The notes below the pieces were generated by a model, which worked only from the letters and a program-made list of their open reading frames with translations, made no database searches and was not told the origin of the DNA. Below, piece after piece: positions 10,918 through 22,066 of a DNA stretch of 64,000 nt. The stretch is from the NCBI RefSeq assembly GCF_022045235.1, contig NW_027266319.1:42532001-42596000 (forward strand). Direction: 5' to 3'. This DNA comes from Haliotis cracherodii. Taxonomy: Eukaryota. The position numbers and the translations under genes are program-made. Numbering within the stretch: position 1 is the stretch's first letter; every line of letters begins with the position of its first letter.

Positions 10918-12032
10918 AATGGTTGAACCAACCATCTAAGTGTAACACAAACACAATCTGCTAGTCTGGTAATTTGCAAATAGGTACAGGTTCTTTATGA
11001 CGCTAAGAAAATGCACTGTAGTCGTGGCAACCAACCACTTGTGCTGTCAAAGTGTCAACCACACATAAATGACACAATAATGTCAGTGAAAAACTCTGCA
11101 AGTGGATGCCATAACTAGTTTGTACAGTATGGCCACACATCATTCATGCACAGTACCAGCTGAAACACTGGATATTGTTTCCGTATGTGGCGCATAAGAG
11201 TGGTCCAGCCCGTGATCAGGTGATATGTTCATATTTCCATGTTGTCTGTCATTTCCTCGGATAGTGTTTCACCATGCAATGAGCAACATATAATCAGAGC
11301 GATGCACACTGCTGTACGAGGAACATCATAATACATGCTAAATGTCAATTACTTTGCATTGCATGTAGGATAGCTCATGAGCGTATTAGGGGGAATGATC
11401 TCTTCAGTGGTCTTCAATACTTTACAGACTTGTTTGGGGCGACATTGTGCTTACAGGCATCATGAAATTTTGATAATGCTAATATGGCAAGAAATGGCAG
11501 GCAGGAAAGGGCTACCAATTGTCTGTCTGTCCTGTAAGGGGGAGGGAAGCTCATCTCAGCTGTTACTTACTGTCTGTCAGCCCAGTCAGGGGAAAGGGCC
11601 GGGGCTCTTCCAGGATGTGCTCCACCCAGCTCTTCCATGTCTCAGCCTGGCTGTCCTATACTCTCTGTACAGGAGCTCCAGTGCTGGTTCTGCATGGCTG
11701 CCACTAATGGGGCCTGCAGACTCAGTCAAGCATCATCCGTGTCACTGCCAGTTGTCACTGCCTCCCCAGAGGAGTTGAAGGCAGGTCAGTGGTTTCAGCA
11801 CTACTGACAGTCACATCAGCATCAATACAACATGGGCATTTGAGGAAAAGCGATACATTTGGTCACTACACAGTCTCTATTCACATCGTAAATTCACTGA
11901 AAGGTAAGACAGAGATTATTGAAAAGCCTGGCAGTTGTGTTGGGAGCTGTGTTTTCGGAAGGGTCCTGATTCTGTCTTCTACTGAAGTTATTGGAACAGT
12001 TTAGAAATAACTCCACAACTGAGTATCTAAAA

Positions 12033-12116
12033 ATGAAAACCATTCCAGATACCAATGGAACAACTGAGAATGGTGCTAATGGCCATGCCAATGGAGAGGC
12101 TAAGCAGAATGGGAAG
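12033..12116 (+). CDS. AHCYL1: First coding exon of an IRBIT/adenosylhomocysteinase-like isoform (MKTIPDTNGTTENGANGHANGEAKQNGK)
   Basis: aaaATG with in-frame TGA upstream at 11967-11969; strong donor AAG|GTAAGG in phase 0, in frame with exon 15657; NG-rich disordered N-terminus. Confidence 0.7.
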
Positions 12117-12194
12117 GTAAGGTGGTGACATGGCATTGTACACCAGTTGAGAAGTTCTGTCACTACATCAGTGTAGGACAGTGTCATCAGTGTC

Positions 12195-13398
12195 TTCCTA
12201 CATGAAGGGGGCATGTTCAGTCATTAATCTATGGTGCTTCATGTACATCAGGGTTGCTTGTGTGTGACACTGGACTCCTACATGAAGGGGCATGTTCAGT
12301 CATTAATCTGTGGTGCTTCATGTACATCAGGGTTGCTTTGTGTGTGACACTGGCTTCCTACATGACACACCAAGGGGGCATGTTCAGTCATTAATCTGTG
12401 GTGCTTCATGTACATCAGGGCTGCTTTGTGTGACACTGGACTCCTACATGACACACCAAGGGGGCATGTTCAGTCATTAATCTGTGGTGCTTCATGTACA
12501 TCAGGGTTGCTTTGTGTGTGACACTGGCTTCCTACATGACACACCAAGGGGGCATGTTCAGTCATTAATCTGTGGTGCTTCATGTACATCAGGGTTGCTT
12601 TGTGTGACACTGGACTCCTACATGACACACCAAGGGGGCATGTTCAGTCATTAATCTGTGGTGCTTCATGTACATCAGGGTTGCTTTGTGTGTGACACTG
12701 GACTCCTACATGACACACCAAGGGGGCATGTTCAGTCATTAATCTGTGGTGCTTCATGTACATCAGGGTTGCTTTGTGTGTGACACTGGCTTCCTACATG
12801 ACACACCAAGAGGGCATGTTCAGTCATTAATCTGTGGTGCTTCATGTACATCAGGGTTGCTTTGTGTGACACTGGACTCCTACATGACACACCAAGGGGG
12901 CATGTTCAGTCATTAATCTGTGGTGCTTCATGTACATCAGGGCTGCTTTGTGTGACACTGGACTCCTACATGACACACCAAGGGGGCATGTTCAGTCATT
13001 AATCTGTGGTGCTTCATGTACATCAGGGTTGCTTTGTGTGTGACACTGGCTTCCTACATGACACACCAAGGGGGCATGTTCAGTCATTAATCTGTGGTGC
13101 TTCATGTACATCAGGGTTGCTTTGTGTGACACTGGACTCCTACATGACACACCAAGGGGGCATGTTCAGTCATTAATCTGTGGTGCTTCATGTACATCAG
13201 GGTTGCTTTGTGTGACACTGGACTCCTACATGACACACCAAGGGGGCATGTTCAGTCATTAATCTGTGGTGCTTCATGTACATCAGGGCTGCTTTGTGTG
13301 ACACTGGACTCCTACATGACACACCAAGGGGGCATGTTCAGTCATTAATCTGTGGTGCTTCATGTACATCAGGTTTGATTTGTGTGTGACACTGGCTT
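12195..13398. repeat. ~86-88-bp minisatellite, ~14 copies
   Basis: Unit ggggcatgttcagtcattaatctgtggtgcttcatgtacatcagggttgctttgtgtgacactggactcctacatgacacaccaag. Confidence 0.95.
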
Positions 13399-15309
13399 CT
13401 CACCACTATTTATGGCCAACTTTTTGATTTGCATGGCAGTTCCATCATGTTTTTTGCAATACTGTTGGTGACATTAAACTTCCTGTATTGCATGGCAACA
13501 TCAATTTCACATGTTTTCTCAGTGCAGTCTATTAGCCTGCATGAACTACTAGTTGAACTTTTTAACCTGTATATTTTTTTCTGTACTTAGGTTTTGTTAG
13601 TGGAATTCCTCCCAGAAAAAGATTATATACATCTCAGGGTACTGTTTGTTGGGGAAATACTTTGGCTGGAGAGAATGATATTATTGTAAGAGTTCTCTCC
13701 CTTACACCTTGTACAAAGTGAAAGGCCTCAAAATGTGCACCATTGACATCTCAACTGCCCTTGGCAGTGGCTCATAGAGTTACAGGAATGGTTGTAACTC
13801 CTGAGGTGTCAATGTTTTGTATAGAATGTTGGTGAATTGTGATGTATTTAGGACTCACATTTTGATGCTGTTGAATTATCTCCTTAGTTGTTAGCTATGG
13901 TCAGTGTGGCTGTTGTCTCTTGCAAGTCCTGTTCCACTGTAATTTTAGTTGTGTCTTGTTTTCTGTAATAGAGAAAACACATGCACATGATGAGTGTTGA
14001 TTAGTGTAAGTCTTCTATTCTTATATTTAAATCATAAAGACACCTTGATCTACACACACAAAACAGCCTTTGTTCCAAACAATCTTAGGCACTTACAATC
14101 AACTTTACCACCATATTCAACTTGCACATGATTGTAAGATGGCTTGGATTTAGGATCACAATCTCAGCTGAGATGGTCCAGTGGTAGAGATAAGCTGAGT
14201 CTTGAGCTTGACTCATGTCAGTGTCTAAAAGCACATTCTTGGCTGTGTATGCAAACAGTGGAATCTATGAGGATACCTACACAATCACACCTTGCGTCAT
14301 ATATAAAAGGGTCCAAAATAATTGAAAAACTTACGTTGCTTTCAACTTTCCCTCACTGTTACCAAAACAACTGCTTCCACCATTTGATATATTTGAATTA
14401 ATACCGTCATGATTTCTGGAAATATATGGTTCTAAATTAGTATAATTTATCATAACATGTTTTTTGTCTTTTGTCTGTTAAAATAACATGTATATCCTGT
14501 ACTTTTATCTTATGAAATCAGATGTTATGACAGTCTTCACAAAATACAGAAAGGCTGTGAAGAAGTGGTTGCAGTTGTATGGTGAGCCAGTGGATACAAC
14601 CAACCCACTACATAAACATATGATCTCTCTTGTGTCTTATTCATTGCTGTCAACATCATTGCAGCATATTCAGTGGAATAAATCTATGATGTTAATCTCA
14701 GCAGTTAACCTTTTTTCAGAAAGAAATTGTTCAATTTATATTTACTTGGTATCTTTTATAATTTAGGCAATCAAGTTTGTTGTTTTGAACAAAAGAGAAC
14801 AAAATGTAATTAATTACCTTTGCTAGATATAAAGGAATATAACATACATTTGAGTATAATGTCTGTTCCTTGTTAAATGAATAATATAAAGGGAAACCAC
14901 TCCCAACTAGAGTGTGTACTAAGATTAAGTACCCCTGAGGTATCAAAAAGGTCACGGTCACACACTGTGGCTTGCAGTCACTTTCCTTCCCAAATTTTCA
15001 AATATGTATGTTGTTTCACATTTCTTTCAGTACGCCTTGGCTATCAACTCAATAATTATGTGGTTCACTATCGCGATGAAAAATATTTTTGATGCAAAAT
15101 CTGTGGATCATTTTGTCTGGTTTCATGCATCAATTGGCATCACAATGAAATTTCAATATTTGAAAGTAAAACAGATTCAAATGATGCAATACAGACCTTC
15201 CCTTGCATGCCATTTTGTCAAGTACATTGATAACAATGATCTTATCTGCTAAGAATGATCCGCAAAAATTGTAAGTTTTGATTGAAACATACAATAATCT
15301 TAGTCTGTA

Positions 15310-15533
15310 GTCCCTTGGGCATGCCATTAACCTATGATTGTGGGTTGGAAGCCCGGTTCACCCCTGATTATGTTTCTACTTTTGTCAGCACAATACACGT
15401 GCAAGTGGGTTTCACTGAAGTGGTAAACATCTCAGACCTGCATCACTTCGGGCTTTACTCACACGTTAAGCTGACACACCATGATATAACTGGAATACTG
15501 TTAACAGCGGCGTTAAACCAAACTCACTCACTC
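15310..15533 (+). mobile_element. SINE family A, slightly 5'-truncated
   Basis: Aligns with the reverse complement of 8613-8875; (actc)n tail. Confidence 0.9.
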
Positions 15534-15656
15534 ATAGCCTGTAAGGATTGAGGTACAATACTTTAGTGGTAAATTGTTTGTTTTGTGCATAGTGGGCATA
15601 GATTAAAATGATTTTTTTATGATCTGTTTTCTTAAAGTATTTGATTTCTTTTTCAG

Positions 15657-15741
15657 GAAATTAAATACAACTTAACACCAAACAGACCACGCATCCACAG
15701 CCGCTCTGTGTCCCAGTCATCCACGGATAGCTACAGCTCAG
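15657..15741 (+). CDS. AHCYL1: IRBIT/AHCYL exon encoding the first half of the serine-rich phospho-region (EIKYNLTPNRPRIHSRSVSQSSTDSYSS)
   Basis: Acceptor tttctttttcag|G, donor CAG|GTGAGC (phase 0 to phase 1). SRSVSQSSTDSYSS closely matches the vertebrate IRBIT motif SRSISQSSTDSYSS. Confidence 0.93.
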
Positions 15742-17053
15742 GTGAGCAGCTAGTTTAATACATGTACCATGCTCAGGTGAGCAGCTAGTTTAATACATGT
15801 ACCATGCTCAGGTGAGCAGCTAGTTTAATACATGTACCATGCTCAGGTGAGCAGCTAGTTTAATACATGTACCATGCTCAGGTGAGCAGCTAGTTTGATA
15901 CATGTACCATGCTCAGGTGAGCAGCTAGTTTAATACATGTACCATGCTCAGGTGAGCAGCTAGTTTGATACATGTACCATGCTCAGGTGAGCAGCTAGTT
16001 TGATACATGTACCATGCTCAGGTGAGCAGCTAGTTTAATACATGTACCATGCTCAGGTGAGCAGCTAGTTTGATACATGTACCATGCTCAGGTGAGCAGC
16101 TAGTTTAATACATGTACCATGCTCAGGTGAGCAGCTAGTTTAATACATGTACCATGCTCAGGTGAGCAGCTAGTTTGATACATGTACCATGCTCAGGTGA
16201 GCAGCTAGTTTAATACATGTACCATGCTCAGGTGAGCAGCTAGTTTAACACATGTACCATGCTCAGGTGAGCAGCTAGTTTGATACATGTACCATGCTCA
16301 GGTGAGCAGCTAGTTTAATACATGTACCATGCTCAGGTGAGCAGCTAGTTTAATACATGTACCATGCTCAGGTGAGCAGCTAGTTTGATACATGTACCAT
16401 GCTCAGGTGAGCAGCTAGTTTAATACATGTACCATGCTCAGGTGAGCAGCTAGTTTGATACATGTACCATGCTCAGGTGAGCAGCTAGTTTGATACATGT
16501 ACCATGCTCAGGTGAGCAGCTAGTTTAATACATGTACCATGCTCAGGTGAGCAGCTAGTTTAATACATGTACCATGCTCAGGTGAGCAGCTAGTTTAATA
16601 CATGTACCATGCTCAGGTGAGCAGCTAGTTTAATACATGTACCATGCTCAGGTGAGCAGCTAGTTTTATACATGTACCATGCTCAGGTGAGCAGCTAGTC
16701 TAATACATGTACCATGCTCAGGTGAGCTGCTGGTCTAATACATGTACCATGCTCAGGTGAGCAGCTAGTCTAATACATGTACCATGCTCAGGTGAGCAGC
16801 TAGTCTAATACATGTACCATGCTCAGGTGAGCAGCTAGTCTTATACATGTACCATGCTCAGGTGAGCAGCTAGTCTTATACATGTGCCATGCTCAGGTGA
16901 TCAGGTAGTCTAATACATGTACCATGCTCAGGTGAGCAGCTAGTCTAATACATGTACCATGCTCAGGTTAGCAGCTAGTCTAATACATGTACCATGCTCA
17001 GGTGAGCAGCTAGTCTAATAAATGTACCATGCTCAGGTGAGCAGCTAGTCTAA
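15736..17053 (+). repeat. 35-bp minisatellite (gctcaggtgagcagctagtttaatacatgtaccat), 38 starts, whose first unit spans the exon donor
   Basis: gctcag at 15736, 15771 ... 17031, an exact 35-bp period. Confidence 0.97.
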
Positions 17054-17194
17054 CACATATAGACACACAGAATGGTGGATGCTCGAAAAGCATGGGGAAT
17101 AAAGTCAGGGGCCAGGATTTAATCGGCTTAGTGATGTTAAAGAATTGGTATAAAAGAGATGGTATTGGAGACATTTTTAGCTTAAAATCGGAGA

Positions 17195-18728
17195 TACCAT
17201 ATTCGGCGTAATACACTCCCCATTCTTATAAGCACCTATGGTGATATTTACTAATATATTGACAAGTGAACAATCCCAACAATCTCAATAAGTGCCACTT
17301 CTGATTGATCACAGAACATAGTTATTTGTGTATACTAATGCACTCATTTGTTATACGCATCTCTAATTATGGGCAATTAAATTCTGGAAAAATATATCTC
17401 ATATGTATAATATGCACAGACTTTAGTATCATTTCAGGTTGTCAGTATATGACTGTCATGATCCGCTATATAAAAAGAATAGAATATCAGCAAATTCATA
17501 TTGAATCATGCAAGTTAACCCTTTTGTTACACTATTTAAGTGTTCATTGTATATCTGGACTTACATTTGTAATCTATTATCTTAATTTTAATAAAAAAAT
17601 CATTCAATAATGTTTACATAATAATTTTGGTGAAATAGTGTCCCTACGATACTTACAACTTCACACGGTTCCTTAAAGCTCGCTTTACCACATACCAACT
17701 CCTATTTACTAATGCAACAATGATCTTATTTTCTTCTGTTTCATTTTTTAATGAATCTACACATTAAGATAAAAATGTGTCACAGTCAACTTTCAATGAG
17801 AAAATATCTCAAAACGTGAAAAACGATTTCCAATTACGTAGTCTTCATTTGTTTACATCACATGCTGTCATCGAAGGCATAGGGAGAGGTAGCGATATGA
17901 TCACTTTGATGCATAAATATATTTTGTCGTGCACCTTACAGTCGCAGTTTTAGTGGCAAATAATTGTGCAAAACAATATGTAAAGCATCAGTCTGTTCTG
18001 ATTTCAAAGTTGTTTAAAAACAAGAGAAAAGTCCAGTCATGTCACATGGAAATTAGCGTGTGGCAGTGGTGTTATGCAAAGTTATGTTACTTATGAAGCT
18101 AGATGTACTTTAAGGATAATTGCATACATTGTCTTTGGAATTAATCTCAGGTAGGGATGTGTAGTATTTTCATATCTAAATTGTTGAACTCGTGACCTGT
18201 CATGAACAGCACAATAGCCGACATAACAACAAACATGTTTTGACAAAAACTATTCAAGTTAATTTTACAAATCGGTAGCTAAAACAAAGAAGTAGTAATA
18301 AACATTAAATATATCCTCATTATAACCGAAAAATAAAGGTAAGTAATATAAGGTAATATTTGAAAATCATGAAAACACAAAGCAGCTGTCTATTTTAAAT
18401 TTCAACTTTTCCTGCAGATTACCGGTACTTCCTGTTTGGAATGATGGTCGTCGACCTTTATTTTTACTCATCGTTGATGTCGAGTTGCATTATCACAAAT
18501 ACATAGATATGTAAATTGATATGTGCAAGCATTCATGTAGTATTATTTGTAAGAGACATCTATATCTAAAGGGATAAAATGCTGAGAGCGATCATTTTCT
18601 GTGTTCGCCAAACCACAAAATTTACAATCTTTCAATTCTGTAAAAAGAAATTACCCAAATTATATTCTAATAAGCAACCCCTATTTCTAATTTTGAGAGC
18701 GCCCTGGATGCTTATTATGTTGAATACA
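17195..18728. mobile_element. Possible old pogo/Tc1-type non-autonomous DNA transposon
   Basis: Degenerate termini taccatattcggcgtaata..ataagcacc / gcgccctggatgcttattatgttgaatac; internal segment ~17480-17585 resembles ~37629-37728. Confidence 0.35.
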
Positions 18729-19437
18729 TTAACTTATACTAAGCATTGATAGACAGTGAACATGTGGGTATATTTAATGAATACTAGTGCAAGGGAGGTA
18801 ACTCCAGCAATTGTAAGACCATATATAACAGATTCAGAAAGACGACTGTTTTTGAAATATTTAGTGGTGTTTCTAATAAAATCTGTTACTGTGTAATTAG
18901 ATTATGGAGAGATCAATTACTAAGATTCAACAGTAGTCAATTGGTGAAATGCACACAATGCCAGGCATATGCATGCATCAAGTCAGTCAGTGATCAAAGG
19001 GATGTAACTCTTGAAGTTTTATCGGTGTTACTTGTCAGAACACGCTGACAGACACAATATTTATTTGATTGGGATTTCTTACCCTGAGTGATATATGCAT
19101 ATGGATTTTAGAAGTGAAAGCCTGCATGTGTACAGTGTGTTGTGCCATGGACGTGCGGTGTATATATATGTGAGTATACACACCAATGTTTATTTCCAGG
19201 GAATTCTCTTGTCACTTTCAGCGCTACATCAACAATTGACATGTTTTAGGTTTACGATTACTTTGTAGTTACTATTATTGCCTTTCATTACTTTTCATTA
19301 CTTTTCATAGCTATTATTATGAATTTGATTACATAATGAAAGCTTTTTAAGAACGCATGAAGTATGGCTGGTGATGTCAGTGGGGTGTTGTATGTGGTGT
19401 TGATGTGGGTGAGCCAGTAGTGCACTTGTTGTTCCAG

Positions 19438-19506
19438 GAGGGCGGGGCGGCGGAGGGCGAGGAGGGCGTGGGGGGCAACTCGAGCCCATCACTGACTCTG
19501 ATTCAG
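19438..19506 (+). CDS. Candidate 69-nt symmetric cassette exon of the IRBIT-like gene (GGRGGGGRGGRGGQLEPITDSDS)
   Basis: Acceptor cacttgttgttccag|, donor CAG|GTTGTA, length 3n, phase 1-1 matching the flanking exons, no stop; GC/CpG-rich island in AT-rich intron. Confidence 0.5.
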
Positions 19507-19749
19507 GTTGTATATGTCTGCTCCCTGCTCCGCCTGTATTCTATCACTACCTACTGTGGTACTTGTAGTTCTGGCTGCTCTGCTCATGTAGTGTCTGTTT
19601 TCTTGAGATGAGCCAATACCCCATATTGTTTGTGTGGTCCAAGCTTACATGCTACTGTTTGCATGGTATTCACATTGTGCTCTACCATGAAACATGGGAA
19701 CAGTTAACCCAAGAAACTTGACATGAGTGTCATGACCATAGTCACACAT

Positions 19750-20385
19750 GACACTTACCCCAGACACATATCACTCACAACACTTGCCCCAGACACGTCA
19801 AACATGGCCCTTGCCCCAGACACATATCACTCACAACACTTGCCCCAGACACATATCACTCACAACACTTGCCCCAGACACGTCAAACATGGCCCTTGCC
19901 CCAGACACATATCACTCACAACACTTGCCCCAGACACGTCAAACATGGCCCTTGCCCCAGACACATATCACACATAACACTTGCCCCAGACACGTCAAAC
20001 ATGGCCCTTGCCCCAGACACATAACACTCATAACACTTGCCCTAGACACGTCAAACATGGCCCTTGCCCCAGACACATTTCACACACAACACTTGCCCCA
20101 GACACGTCAAACATGGCCCTTGCCCCAGACACATATCACACATAACACTTGCCCCAGACACGTCAAACATGGCCCTTGCCCCAGACACATATCACACATA
20201 ACACTTGCCCCAGACACGTCAAACATGGCCCTTGCCACAGAAACATATCACGCATAACACTTGCCCCAGACAATCATCAAACATGACACTTGCCCCAGAC
20301 ATATGTCACACATGACACTTGCCCCAGACGCATGACACACATGACACTTGCCTCAGAAACACGTCACACATGACGCTTGCCCCAA
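19750..20385. repeat. Composite 27+29-bp (56-bp dimer) minisatellite with cttgccccagacac core
   Basis: Alternating cttgccccagacacgtcaaacatggcc and cttgccccagacacatatcactcacaaca units. Confidence 0.9.
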
Positions 20386-20419
20386 ACACTTACAATAATA
20401 TAGAAGCATGGGACCTGAA

Positions 20420-22066
20420 CCCTGACACAACACATGTGAGACAATACCCAGACACATGTGAGAAAATACCCTGACACATGTGAGAAAATACCCTGACACA
20501 TGTGAGACAATACCCAGACACATGTGAGAAAATACCCTGACACATGTGAGACAGTACCCAGACGTGTGAAAAAATACCCTGGGATATGTGAGACAATACC
20601 CAGACACATGTGAGAAAATACCCTGACACATGTGAGAAAATACCCTGACACATGTGAGACAATACCCAGACACATGTGAGAAAATACCCTGACACATGTG
20701 AGACAGTACCCAGACGTGTGAAAAAATACCCTGGGATATGTGAGACAATACCCAGACACATGAGAGAAAATACCCTGACACATGTGAGACAGTACCCAGA
20801 CACATGTGAGAAAATACCCTGACACATGTAAGAAAATACCCTGACACATGTGAGACAGTACCCAGACATGTGAGACAATACCCTGGGATATGTGAGACAA
20901 TACCCAGACACATGAGAGAAAATACCCTGACACATGTGAGACAGTACCCAGACGTGTGAGACAATACCCTGGGATATGTGAGACAATACCCTGACACATG
21001 TGAGACAATACCACGACAGAAAATATACAATACCCAGTGTTCGCGGGAGGTTTTTGTACAGTGCGTGCAGAAATGAAATAATGAATTTTCAATTAAAATA
21101 TTTCGCGTGTGAAGTTTTTATTTCAATAAAATCAGTACAAGTACAGCTAATAATTATGACCAAACTTTAACTTACGGTGCATTTTTGATATAATGAACGT
21201 TCAATCATTAATAAAATATATATGACTGTTGTTAGCACATGCCCATGTGTGGAAGTTTTCTTCTGTCGCTCTGTTTATGATCGTTCATATTACCGACTAT
21301 TACTTGTAAGCTGGCTCTGATTGGATGAATCGAACGACTTCCGGGGAATTCCATCGATAGTAACGAATGACGTCTTGTGTCTGAGATTAGTTATTCCGTT
21401 GCCCAAAGACCATATATGGAAATATAAAGGATGCGATTCAAAGCGCCATCTGAACACATTCTATTTTTAGAAATGGGAATTTCCAGATTTTGATTTATTT
21501 TCGTCTGAACATCGTAAGCAGGCTATCAGCTTTGAACAGTTTTTTTATTTTATGGTATTAATACAAAATTAAGTATATCACAATCTCTGCCTGCAAAGTA
21601 TTTTTTGCGTGTTTATATGATTTTAATGCTTGAAAAACACTGAATACCCTAACACATGCGAGACAATACCCTGACACATGTGAGACAATATGCTGACCCA
21701 TGTGAGACAATACCCAGACACATGTGGGACAATACCCTGACACGATTTAGATAATACCCTGACACATGTGAGACAATACCCGAACACATGTGAGACAATA
21801 CCCTGACACATGTAGGACAATACCCTAACACATATGAGACAATATGCTGACATATGTGAGACAATACCCTGACACATGTGAGACAATACCCGAACACATG
21901 TGGGACAATACCCTAACACATATGAGACAATATGCTGACATATGTGAGACAATACCCTGACACATGTGAGACAATACCCGAACACATGTGAGACAATACC
22001 CGAACACATGTGAGACAATACCCGAACACATGAGAGACAATACCCTAACACATGAGAGACAATATC
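20420..22066. repeat. 22-bp minisatellite (gacacatgtgagacaataccct), split by an insertion at 21035-21642
   Basis: Same unit on both sides of the insertion. Confidence 0.92.
21035..21642. mobile_element. hAT-like non-autonomous element inserted in the 22-bp array
   Basis: Ends cagtgtt / aacactg; aatacc duplicated at 21029-21034 and 21643-21648. Confidence 0.7.

Noticed and set aside
12195-17053. Regular arrays that might be CRISPR-like
   Set aside because: Units are head-to-tail with no unique spacers, no cas genes, and the context is a eukaryotic intron. The same holds for all other arrays.
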